Shown here one piece after another: positions 35,584-46,015 of a stretch of DNA of 64,000 bases. Every line of letters starts with the position of its first letter. Position 1 is the stretch's first letter. The stretch is from Trypanosoma brucei (taxonomy: Eukaryota). The translations under genes were made by a program, and so were the position numbers. The notes below the pieces were generated by a model that did not search any database, was not told the origin of the DNA, and saw only the letters and a list, made by a program, of their open reading frames with translations. The DNA lies in NCBI GenBank assembly GCA_000002445.1, contig CH464491.1, positions 1 through 64,000 on the forward strand, read 5' to 3'.

Positions 35584-36911
35584 ACTTTGAAAAATTTTGG
35601 GGCGGCGCTACGTTGTTCTAAAAAGGTAAGGAGACTGATATGTAATGAATGGGATATCTGAAGTGACGATGAGATGTTGTGTCATTCTGAGTGAAGAGCA
35701 AACGGGCCTCGTATATTAATTCTGTGAACGTGTCTACAGACGATTCTTTAGATGGTGAATATTTATTCCTTCTTGCAGTGAACCAAAGCCTAACAGAAGT
35801 GACACCTGCTATCGAATGATTCGCCTTCACATTCAACCAGTTACAGACAGTTAGTGTCTTTTTAAAATTGGCGGTAGATAACTTGGCTGACCAAGTGATA
35901 ATTAAAAGATTTGCTGTAAAACGAATATTAGCAACTACACTTCACCGCAAAAATGGGGACTTTGTGCTGCCACCCCTACGCTCATAGGGATTAGAAACCC
36001 TGCACAAAAGAATAAAAGGTCGCACGTAGTTGAAATTGTTTCTCGCCAAACGATTCGCGGCTGATCTCAACCCCCCTATTTCAGAAAAATTAACATCCGG
36101 TGTTCCGCTCAATTGCTACCGGGTGCTGTTACCAATCGTAGGTGAAGTTACAGCGGTCAAGTTATTTGTCCCTTCGGTACACCTTTAATAGTGAGAAAAA
36201 GAAAAAAAAGGAATCAAAAGAGGGCACAAGTTGAGTTGGGTGAGAAGTATTAGACGAACAGGTAGTGTATATGCATTGACGGTAACAGTCAAAGAAAAAA
36301 GAGGGAAAAAGTAACAACATCAATACCAATTAGAATGGAGTTGTGAGAGTAACACCACCTGAGACCCTTTTCTCGTTTCTTTCTTCATTGCGTCGCGTAA
36401 AAATAAAAAAAACAAAAGTGTAAACAGTTACGATGGGCTTCACACCTGTGCCAGTTTTTATCCCGCCTGTACTGACGCCCTTTTGACACCCCAATTGACG
36501 TGCATAACTGACATTCAACAGTTTGAAAGGTTTCAGAGCCTCGGGTAATAATTTTTGACTCAATATTTAGCGGCCGTCTCCACCCAAAAGAGAAGCCTCA
36601 CTTTCGGGAATGTAATCGAGAACATCGATCCCATCTTCAAAGAACTCGTCGAGGAATTCGAAGTCTGAGTCAAATAATGCACCATAATCCTCATCATCAT
36701 TCGCTGGTTTTTTTTGTCCATCACAACCATTAGTCCCACACCTCACGCTAGTGGCAAGTAGTGGCCGTGACATGCTACGCATATGGACCAAGAAATTACT
36801 TGTGATTGGGACGTGTAACCTCCGTAACATTTTCCCTGTTTCTTTTTTTAGACAATTAACTTTAAGTCATGATTTAAAGTCAAAAAAAAAATCAAAAAGG
36901 AAAAATATATG

Positions 36912-36930
36912 TATATATATATATATATAT
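36912..36930. repeat. (TA)n microsatellite. Similar runs lie at ~38286-38308, ~42967-42978 and ~62397-62414
   Basis: Read directly. These are typical intergenic dinucleotide runs. Confidence 0.9.
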
Positions 36931-37085
36931 AACATGAAATTATTGGCTTTATTTGCACGACAAAATATATAATTATTTAGACATGTATCATAACACGCGT
37001 ACTTATGAGACTTCATATAATGGGAATAGTTACAAACAATGTTCCGAATGTGGGGTAAAAGATGATGATGATGATAATGGCACGA

Positions 37086-37451
37086 CTATCGCAGTAGAAC
37101 GCACCAAAAGAAGATCAAAACGAAAAACACCACAACCCCAATTAAAAGTGTGTGGCGGAATCCATAACGTTGCACCACCTCTCCGATACGACCCACAGAC
37201 CGATTGACACCACTCGATGCACGCGAGAAGGCGGAACCCACGAAAGAAAGCATTTGATTTTGTTCTTCCACCTCTTGTCGTAATGTATCTGCGGAAGTTT
37301 TCACTTTAGCTGCTGTATTACCCAAAGCGTTCAACAGAGCCTCATTCTCCTTCACGAGATCTTCTTCAAATTGCGCACGCTTCTCAGCACTTAAATCATC
37401 AGATTGTTTTTCCAAACGTTGTCCACCAAAGACGGTGGATCTCATTTCCAA
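37086..37451 (-). CDS. Small tail-anchored Qc-SNARE of the Bet1 family (121 aa). The SNARE heptad carries a central Gln (...RQEVEEQNQMLSFVGSAFSRASSGVNRSVGRIGEV...) and the C-terminal TM is LLIGVVVFFVLIFFWCVLL
   Basis: Pattern match, from memory, to metazoan Bet1 ([30 protein letters not shown]). Orientation and spacing are consistent with the polycistron. Confidence 0.6.
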   Translation of the reverse strand: MEMRSTVFGGQRLEKQSDDLSAEKRAQFEEDLVKENEALLNALGNTAAKVKTSADTLRQEVEEQNQMLSFVGSAFSRASSGVNRSVGRIGEVVQRYGFRHTLLIGVVVFFVLIFFWCVLLR

Positions 37452-38948
37452 AGTGATAGATGTAAGTATTTACCCTCAGCTTGTAAGTAAAGAATCGCAA
37501 TACACAAAAACACGCGCACACTTTTTTATTATCGTACACGAGTTCCGTGAAAAAACGTTCGCTAATTTCTATGACAGGCAAAGAGCAGCGCCCACCGGAA
37601 ATAAATTGTCTTTTCTTTCCCTTTTTAAATGTGTAGAAGCAAATATGTTTTTTTTTGTTCTTCCATTTCACAGCCCAACAACAACAACAAAAAGAGATAT
37701 ATGGTAGCAATTGCGCTCACAATAAGTAACATCATAGCAGAGGACAAGAATGATTGTAATTGTGTTTGCACATATATAAACGTAAATATATATATATTTC
37801 TTTCCCTCTTAACAGGCATTCCTCAGAATCCTTCCGTTTCGATAGCACACACAAAAAAAAAAAGCATCGGTTTGTCATCGCAGACGTTACGATTTCATCA
37901 TGCGCCGGCAGCCAATGTTGCGTCGTTTCATCCGCCGCTTTTTGTCGTGTTCCATACGTATTTCTATACGATAGGGACGTTTAACGTTATATCCCATTCC
38001 ACCAACAAATGTTCTCTTGAGAAACTGTGACCAAAGCGCCAGCGATGGAGTAAACATAAGTAACTACCCTTTTTTTTTGCTTTTGCTTTTTTCTTTTTTT
38101 TTTTCACCGCTGACGGTGCGGCTGCTTCGACTATTTTTTTTTTTTTGTGTACGCCTCCGATACTTATTTTACATGAAATTTTTGGCAGGACAATGCGAAA
38201 TGTACCAATTTTTTTTTAAAAAAATAAAAATGCAACAAGGGGGAAAAAAGAAAACATAATGAAATAAATACGTATACTTACATATTATATATATATATAT
38301 ATATATATTTACATATTTGTATCAACAACAACAAACATAGTTATGGCGAATGCTTTTGGTAGTGTCGTTGAGGGTGACACGACGCGTGAAGTGAAATGCA
38401 AATATATATATAATATATTAAAATAAACTGTTATTTGCATTTATATTTCCTTATAGGGAAGGGAAGGTGCAGACACATGGACAGGGATAATTCTTCCTTC
38501 AAGTGTTCGGTGCCTCATGCAAATTACGAAATATTTATCGCAGTTCTACACAACCCCAACAAATCAAACAAAAAAGCAAGCACTAACATATATCCATTTT
38601 GTTTTTCTCTAATTGTTTCTTTTTTTTTTCCGAGTAAATTAAAAAAAAAGGAAAGTGGAAATCAAGACGAAAACAATAACAACAGTAACAAAAAAAGGGG
38701 TACAATCCTTCCATCCAACCATTATGTGAACCCCTACAACTCTACCCTTCCTGTTTTCTTATCACTTTCTTTTTTTTTCAAATTTAAACATTCATTTTTC
38801 GTTCCTAATTTACTTCCGTTACGGGAGTTCCGACACGCTGCAAATTATAAAACATAACCAAAACGGAGTGAAGGCGATGAACCGGCTTTGTCATTTTCCC
38901 GTTGCTGGTCATTTGAAACGCTTCGTCAAAAAACTCCACTTCCGGAAT

Positions 38949-39179
38949 TCACTCAACCACACCGCCCCTATGGGAAGTAATGGTAAAATATATTTGAACC
39001 ACCGTTGAACCGAGAACAATAAATAAAATTGTTGCACCAAGCCAACTGGGCAATGCAGAGGCATTTTCACGCTTCTCGCGTAGTTTTTTCTTTTCCTCAT
39101 CAGAGAGTCGTGGCATGCTGATTTGGCTGTTTTGCTTCTGCGCCTTAACGCGAATCATCCTTGTAGGGCTTAAAGGCAT
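38949..39179 (-). CDS. RAMP4/SERP (stress-associated ER protein)-like tail-anchored mini-protein, 76 aa (...EEKKKLREKRENASALPSWLGATILFIVLGSTVVQIYFTI...)
   Basis: Resembles SERP1 (...[30 protein letters not shown]...). It has a single C-terminal TM and the same strand as its neighbours. Confidence 0.55.
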   Translation of the reverse strand: MPLSPTRMIRVKAQKQNSQISMPRLSDEEKKKLREKRENASALPSWLGATILFIVLGSTVVQIYFTITSHRGGVVE

Positions 39180-39514
39180 TTTTTTTTTAAAAAAAATTTT
39201 TTGTTTTGTGTGTCGGGGTTGCTCCGGCTTAATTCGGTTCTAAAAAAAAAACTTAAAATCTACTATTGATGGAATAGGAAGCGGAAATAACCGTCGATGA
39301 TAATGACAATCAAGAAAAGAAAAAAAAAGAAGGGATCATCGAACACACACATGCGTGACAGAACACGGACAGAAAAGTAGGCATTATATGATGATGAAAT
39401 GCAACGACAAACCATGACAAAGCACTGCGGTAAAAACAAAAAAATTGTAATAAATACTTCTTCACAATAGAAGAGGATTAATAAAAATGCATTGAAGCAG
39501 GTGGCAGTGTCAGC

Positions 39515-41029
39515 CTATCGCACTCCATAACTTCGAAGGTTGAAATAATGGGCCTTCATACTCATCCGCTTCCCCAACTCTTCCGTGTAGTTTTGTACAC
39601 CACGCAAATCCTTTGAGAGATTCACACGGAAATAGAGATTGAAGGGTAATGCAAAGGGAATACGTTTGGCGTAGTCAACAATGTGACCGAGGCATCGCTG
39701 TTCATCTTCTGCATTCCACCAAAAACAAACATTAGGGTGAAGAAAACAAGTAACATCAACAACTGGTTGCAATAACTGACGCGTCACGTCCTGCGCTGAG
39801 GACCGAGTTACCTGGCGGAATGTACTTTTTACGATAATAGACGGTGCAAATGGTAAAATCACAGGAATACCACCAGAAAACAGTTGTGGAGGCGGCTCCT
39901 GAAACCATGGCACTTCGCTTCCATCTGCTCGCACAATCCGCTGCTCCACCACTTGTATCGCTTCATCACCCGCAGACGACGGCGGCACAACTTGAACGTT
40001 AAAAGCTGTTGCGTGACGGCTGGGAATGTCGGGATCACCCATTTCACCTGGTTTCAGATCGAGTGGTTGCCGGTCCCTTTCCACGGCATACATTTCTAAC
40101 ATTTCCCATATAACCTGCTTTGTGATATTTGCATGAAGTTCCCATTCCTCAGCCGCCTCCACAATTTGCGGAATCACGCGTGGATCCTCCCGGTGGACAC
40201 GAAACTCATATCCAATTGTAGTTACTTGAAAAGTTGGATTCTCCGGTGTGCTCCAAACACGCGGGCTGAGGGAATGATCAAAGCGACCAACAACAGAGAA
40301 ATCCGGCTCGGAACGGACCTCCACAAGTACACCAGACCGCTCAACACTCCTAACAGATGATCGCCTACACAACTGAAGTGCCGCGGTATTTGCTTTCGCC
40401 TTTCCCTCAAAGTAAACATCATTGGTATGTCCATTACGTCCACAACGCCATCCATGATTTGCATTTCCTCGATTCATACAAACGACGGTGGAGTGCCTTG
40501 AGTCGGTTTGCCGGAGGACGCCACACACCTTCGCTTCAATTGCGGGAAGGAGAGCCGCGCGTTCCGTGCGTGTGAGATGCAACACCTTATCGAAAAGTAC
40601 AATAAGTTCCTCACGGCTCAACCACTTGAGTTCATGCCAATCAATACCCTCATCCTTCAGTTTGTCGTAGTGCTTTTCCAAGTTACAAAGCATTTTGTAT
40701 TGTCTCCGACCGACGTGCCCACTGAGTTTTTCCAAAATGAGTTTTAGAGAAGTGTACCTGTTGTTTTCGCCCACAACATTAAAAGTATTGCTCAGGACCA
40801 TCTTTCGAGGCACCGAATATCGGGGATGATAACGGAGTGCATCCGCGGGAATAACACTACGTGTAGGAACCTTTGACACTTTACATAACACAGCAGTCCA
40901 TCTCATGCGATCAAAACAATAACGCAGCACAACTTCCCTCGAGACTTTAATATCAGAGAAGAGGTTTGTAACAACATAAAGTAGAAAGAAAAAAAGGCAA
41001 CACGGGGAGGTCAGGAAAAAGGAAAGCAC
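39515..41029 (-). CDS. Conserved hypothetical protein (504-aa ORF). The first ~41 codons look like low-complexity UTR read-through, so the probable start is the Met at ~40906 (MRWTAVLCKVSKVP...)
   Basis: A long uninterrupted ORF on the polycistron strand. I recognise no domain. Confidence 0.5.
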   Translation of the reverse strand: MLSFFLTSPCCLFFFLLYVVTNLFSDIKVSREVVLRYCFDRMRWTAVLCKVSKVPTRSVIPADALRYHPRYSVPRKMVLSNTFNVVGENNRYTSLKLILEKLSGHVGRRQYKMLCNLEKHYDKLKDEGIDWHELKWLSREELIVLFDKVLHLTRTERAALLPAIEAKVCGVLRQTDSRHSTVVCMNRGNANHGWRCGRNGHTNDVYFEGKAKANTAALQLCRRSSVRSVERSGVLVEVRSEPDFSVVGRFDHSLSPRVWSTPENPTFQVTTIGYEFRVHREDPRVIPQIVEAAEEWELHANITKQVIWEMLEMYAVERDRQPLDLKPGEMGDPDIPSRHATAFNVQVVPPSSAGDEAIQVVEQRIVRADGSEVPWFQEPPPQLFSGGIPVILPFAPSIIVKSTFRQVTRSSAQDVTRQLLQPVVDVTCFLHPNVCFWWNAEDEQRCLGHIVDYAKRIPFALPFNLYFRVNLSKDLRGVQNYTEELGKRMSMKAHYFNLRSYGVR

Positions 41030-41366
41030 ATAAAGTGGGGTCAGTTGCTCACATTTGGAAAGGAATAAAAGGTGACGAAAATCGTAGAAGCATGACGAGA
41101 AGGAGAGAAATAAAAGAAAAAATAAAGAAGAAATGGTGTCCCCACCGGTATTTTATATAATGAACTATGTTTATGGACACTACAAAGGATCCATAGAACG
41201 ATAACACAAAAAAAGGAGGCATTCGAACGCAAATTTTCCCTCCTTGTACCTTTCATATCCCATTGCTTCCACATTTACACATGCACGAAAACACACGTGT
41301 GCACGCACCCAATTTGATTTTCCCTCACTGCCGTCAAGAAATTGGTTTCTCACCCTCCGCAGAACA

Positions 41367-42176
41367 TCAAATAACTTTAGCTTCATTGTGGAGTTTCTCG
41401 TACAATTCCTCAACTGTTTTTACCTGCATCCCAACCTGACGCACTGGTGGTTCCTTTACAGTTTCACAAATAAGACGAGGGGTCACGTCTACACCCATCT
41501 CGAGTACGTTACGCACATCAATCGGTTTTTTGCGTGACTTCATGATGTTGGGAAGTTTGGGAAGGCGCGGAGTATTGAGACGGAGGTCAGCCGATACAAC
41601 ACACGGCATTTGAAGTTCCACCATTTGATGTCCCACATCCACCTCGCGTGTAACTTTTATAACACCGTCACGGCTGATATTAATTTTGGATGCAAAAGTC
41701 CCTTGCGGTACATTCAAAAGACCTGCGAGTAGTTGTGCGGTGGTGCCGAGATCCCAATCCACTGCTTGTTTTCCTAAAATCCAAAGGTCAGGTTTAAATT
41801 CTTCGTGGAGTTTCTTGAAAAGCTTAGCCACAGCAAGAGATTCAATTTCACCATTAGCTCCATCAGGTGTAATAATGTGAATGGCCTTGTCACAACCAAG
41901 TGCCATTGCAACTCGGAGGCCTTCTTCGGCTTTTTTATTCCCAACAGTTACTGCAATTACTTCTGTTGCTATTTTCTTTTCCTTCAGCCGCACAGCCTCT
42001 TCAATGGCAATTTCATCGAAGGGATTTATACTCATCTTGAGGGATTCGGTTTGTATTTTGTTATTCCTCACGCGCACTTTGACCGTATAATCCACAACAC
42101 GTTTAACTCCAACCATTACTTTCATACGAGAGACGGAGCACCTCGCGAAGAGTCCAGGAACCGTGCGAGATAACAT
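41367..42176 (-). CDS. ETFB: Electron transfer flavoprotein beta subunit (ETF-beta), 269 aa, with a possible N-terminal mitochondrial presequence
   Basis: Strong motif agreement with ETFB: VKRVVDYTVKVRV, NPFDEIAIEEAVRLKEKK, LGKQAVDWD, LAGLLNVPQGTFAS, LRLNTPRLPKLPNIMKSRKK. Confidence 0.85.
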   Translation of the reverse strand: MLSRTVPGLFARCSVSRMKVMVGVKRVVDYTVKVRVRNNKIQTESLKMSINPFDEIAIEEAVRLKEKKIATEVIAVTVGNKKAEEGLRVAMALGCDKAIHIITPDGANGEIESLAVAKLFKKLHEEFKPDLWILGKQAVDWDLGTTAQLLAGLLNVPQGTFASKINISRDGVIKVTREVDVGHQMVELQMPCVVSADLRLNTPRLPKLPNIMKSRKKPIDVRNVLEMGVDVTPRLICETVKEPPVRQVGMQVKTVEELYEKLHNEAKVI

Positions 42177-43123
42177 AGCGCACCAACACTAATATTTATT
42201 TCTTTACTTATTTTCCCCTCACGCAACGCTCTGCCGCACAGTGTTGAGTTGTAGTCTCTGTGTAAAAAAAAAAAAAGAAGCGACAAAAAGAAAAAAAATA
42301 GAGTAGTCAATCTTCGCTTTATTTGAACAAACACATTTGAAACTAGCAAATTCGCAGAAGGTGATAGAACAAAGGATGAAACATATTTTAAAAAATAAGA
42401 AAAAATCAAAACAGGTTGCATACCGACACGTTAAAATCATTAATGAGAAACGTAACAGTCCAGCTCAGTTTCTCCCCTTTTTTTCTTTCCCTCCTAAACC
42501 CCTTTTGTACGCCCCAAGCGCCGAACGATACACACAAACGTAACGCAGTGGAGCAAAAAAGGAAAAAAACGAAGACCACGCGGTTCCTCCATCCCCTTCA
42601 CGAAAAAAAATCTAATGAAAGGTAAGCACCAACAAAAGCAGCTTTGAAATAAACACTAATTTATCTGTCCTTCAAAACGACATATTCACAACCCCTCAAC
42701 ATATCTGTACTGCGGTAATATATATTTAACAGAGCAAAACAAATGTACACGAAATAATCGTCACATTGGCTTTTTGTTTCGACTACTTCCGTCAAGCAGT
42801 AACATTTTGTTGTTGGGATCTGCTGCATAACCACCTAGTAGATGGCGCCCCCACCTCATCATCTTCCTCCTGCTCGAAACAAAGTGTGTATTCGCTATGG
42901 CGTGTTTATACCAAAAAAAAAGGAGAAACGCGGATCCAAAATCAAACTTTGTGAAGGAAAAAAAAATATATATATATACCACCAGTTCTCACTGTTTTGT
43001 GCACCTCCTGTGATTTTAATGTGAATCATGTGATGCTAACAAATGGCTCTGCTACACATTTTTTAAACCGGCCAAAGGAAACGGGTTTCAGAAACAAAAA
43101 ATGGCAAAACAAAATTCTTTGCA

Positions 43124-45085
43124 TCATTTCCTTTTGGTAGCGTTGCGCATTGTCGTTTTACCATTAAAGTTAGGTAATCGCATCCGTATAGACTTTGGTG
43201 TGACAGTGACAAGTTCTTCATCGGTTACCCAAGCGATACACTCCTCAAATGTGGCACGTGTTGCTGCATAGGATGATTTGCGTCTACCAGCCTTATCATT
43301 GGCATTTGCCCGCATCCCACCCAACTGCTCATTGCGTTTACACACGTTTATCCCAAGATTTTGAAATAATGTCTTGGTATTCTCCCCAACGATTTGTCCA
43401 TAATAAACCGAATCACCCGGAAGCACAAAAAAGCGGCCCTGCTGAGCTTGCCCGGCTAACGACCAATCCGTTACTTCACCATCCTCAGTAGCGACTAAAG
43501 CACCCGTCTCCCGACCCGTTTCAGCGGCAGTCATTGGCTTGTATGAATCAAAACTGTGGTTTAGCACACCATCACCTGCTGTAAGTGTGTGAAAGCGAAG
43601 TGGTACATGTGATAAAAGTCGGACAGGCATGAGACATTCCATGCAAACACGACCGTCAGAGAGCTGTGTAATCTCACCAATCTCAGCCATTTTTGAGCTA
43701 AAAAACGACACCATGTCACCCACAAGATTCTCCCGAAACTCAAGTGTAACACGCTCATACGGTTCACACATTTCACCGTTAATGGTCTTTGTTACGATGC
43801 GTGGGGCCTGAACCTCAAACTCATAACCCTCACGACGCATGTCTTCGATAATAACAGAAAGATGGAGGGGTCCACGCCCCATTAACTTGATGTGCGGTGA
43901 CCCAAGGCCTACGAGTTGTAACGCCGTATTTACTAACGCCTCACGCTCCAATCGCTTTTGCAGAACAGCAATAGTCCCTAGTTGTTCATTTGCCTCTTTC
44001 TTGCGCCAACTTGCTTCACTGGCCTGCATAACGAGGCTGTAAGTTGGCTCATCGGGTTTACGATATGGGAACCTGTCAACAACGCCTTGCGAACAAACCG
44101 TCGAGCCAATCCTCACAGGAACCTTTTGTCCAATGGGTTCTTGCAAGTTTAACACACAAATGTCACCGAACGCTGCCGTCTGAACATTGATCTTCTCCAT
44201 TCCAACATATAACTGAATACTTTTGACGAGCGCATCGACCTGCTCCGCTTCAAGTGCAACAGTAACAATGTCTCCCACAGAAACGGATCCTTTGAATATA
44301 CGACCGATAGCCGTTTTGTGTCCTGTGGACTCGTCAACCTCAACCTGTGACACCAACAGTTGAAGTTTCGCGTCATCGTCTTCGGTGGGTGCGGGAACGA
44401 CGTCAAAAATCTTCTCGAAAAGAGGGCTTAGAGTTCCCTCTTTTTTTGGTGTGTCGTTCATGTACCCATTACGACCGGAACCATAAAGAAATGTCATATC
44501 CAACTGAGAGTCATCTTCAGCCGTCTCGAGGAAGAGGTCCTGAACACCATCCTCCGTTTTCTTAATATTAGTGTCATCCTTGTCAATTTTGTTCAAACAA
44601 ACAATTGGTTTCAGTCGCATTGCAAGCGACTTGCGAAGAACATAACGAGTTCCGGGTCGTACGCCTTCCTTTGCATCAACCAGGAGAATAATCCCCTCCA
44701 CCATTTGCAGAGCCCGCTCCACCTCCCCGGAAAAGTCCAAGTGACCTGGAGTATCCACAATGTTAATTCGCCTCTGGGGTTCATCTCCCTTCGATGGGAG
44801 TATTATAGCAGTATTTTTTGCAAGAATAGTAATTCCTCGTTCCTTCTCCTGGTCTTTACTATCCATCACACGGTTGCGAGCCTCCACAAGTGTTCCGGAT
44901 TGCTTCAGCATTTCATCAACCAATGTGGTTTTACCATGATCAACATGCGCGATGACAGCCACATTGCGTACGTCCTGCCGAAATTTGATGTACCGAATCA
45001 AACCAACAATCACAACGTTACGAAAAGTAATCGGTTGCACCGAGCAAGACAAACGTCGCATCGCCATCTTCACGTGTCCTGTCAT
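43124..45085 (-). CDS. TypA/BipA-family translational GTPase (653 aa) with an N-terminal extension (probable organellar targeting)
   Basis: G-domain motifs AHVDHGKTTLVD, DTPGH and NKID are present. The overall alignment pattern matches E. coli BipA (MDS.D.EKERGITILAKNTAI...). Confidence 0.85.
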   Translation of the reverse strand: MTGHVKMAMRRLSCSVQPITFRNVVIVGLIRYIKFRQDVRNVAVIAHVDHGKTTLVDEMLKQSGTLVEARNRVMDSKDQEKERGITILAKNTAIILPSKGDEPQRRINIVDTPGHLDFSGEVERALQMVEGIILLVDAKEGVRPGTRYVLRKSLAMRLKPIVCLNKIDKDDTNIKKTEDGVQDLFLETAEDDSQLDMTFLYGSGRNGYMNDTPKKEGTLSPLFEKIFDVVPAPTEDDDAKLQLLVSQVEVDESTGHKTAIGRIFKGSVSVGDIVTVALEAEQVDALVKSIQLYVGMEKINVQTAAFGDICVLNLQEPIGQKVPVRIGSTVCSQGVVDRFPYRKPDEPTYSLVMQASEASWRKKEANEQLGTIAVLQKRLEREALVNTALQLVGLGSPHIKLMGRGPLHLSVIIEDMRREGYEFEVQAPRIVTKTINGEMCEPYERVTLEFRENLVGDMVSFFSSKMAEIGEITQLSDGRVCMECLMPVRLLSHVPLRFHTLTAGDGVLNHSFDSYKPMTAAETGRETGALVATEDGEVTDWSLAGQAQQGRFFVLPGDSVYYGQIVGENTKTLFQNLGINVCKRNEQLGGMRANANDKAGRRKSSYAATRATFEECIAWVTDEELVTVTPKSIRMRLPNFNGKTTMRNATKRK

Positions 45086-45383
45086 GTAACATGAATAATA
45101 TACACCACATATACATGTTTATTTGTGAAAAATGGGGGGGGAAATGTTTAATAATTAAGTAGATGAAAAAAGAAAGAAAAAGAGATACGCAGCAGATATA
45201 TTAAAAGCGGAAAACACTCAACAAGGGTGGTCATAATGCATGTGGTAACGCATGCCCAACAATGGATAATTAAGAAAAGACGGAAGAAGGAAGGCACATG
45301 TCGTAACTTTGGTTTAGTAATTACTCATTACGCGCTGACTCAAACGCACTTCAACAACATTAAGGGATACCCACAACACTCAT

Positions 45384-45779
45384 TCAGTGCTGAACGTCCA
45401 GCAGCATTTTATCCACCTTAAGTTCATTAACCGGAATATTTTCCGTCCTCCCATCTGGCCACGTGCGGCGTACAATCATGGGGATCCGCCCTTGCAACAA
45501 CTCCAACTTAGTAATATGAATAGGATCGACGGATGCCGCAAATGGGTCGGCACAACCCTCCGCCAACTCAAGTGAATTTCCCGTTCCACATCCATTTTGA
45601 CTATCCAGGAGAACAGACGTTCCATTCACAATTTGGCGTGCCCTCTCGCCAATAATACGTGCCACCTCGTATTTTGTGAGGTACACACTGCTTTTCCGAT
45701 CCTTAAGAGGAGTAATGAGCAAAGCATCGGGAACATCTCCCATTTCCCCAACATACGAAACAATATCCGACTGTATCAT
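45384..45779 (-). CDS. RPB6: RNA polymerase common subunit RPB6/RPABC2-like (131 aa)
   Basis: LTKYEVARIIGERARQI matches the RPB6 signature TKYERAR.LG.RA.QI. The C-terminal ...IPMIVRRTWPDGRTENIPVNEL matches PIIIRRYLPDGSYEDW. Confidence 0.65.
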   Translation of the reverse strand: MIQSDIVSYVGEMGDVPDALLITPLKDRKSSVYLTKYEVARIIGERARQIVNGTSVLLDSQNGCGTGNSLELAEGCADPFAASVDPIHITKLELLQGRIPMIVRRTWPDGRTENIPVNELKVDKMLLDVQH

Positions 45780-46015
45780 ACCTATGCTCTCACCTTCGCC
45801 GCGTACAAGACAAAAGAGATATGATCGAATGTCCCAATTGTGTCAATACTGAAGGGGGAAAAAAAAGTAAAATAAATTTTAAAATATGGTCCATCATAAT
45901 TAGTATACACACACATACACATGCACGTACTTTCTAAAAAAAAAAGAAGAATAGTGTTGTAAAACTTCAACGGTGTACGGTAGCGAGAGAAGGTAGACTT
46001 TCCGAAATGTTAAGA

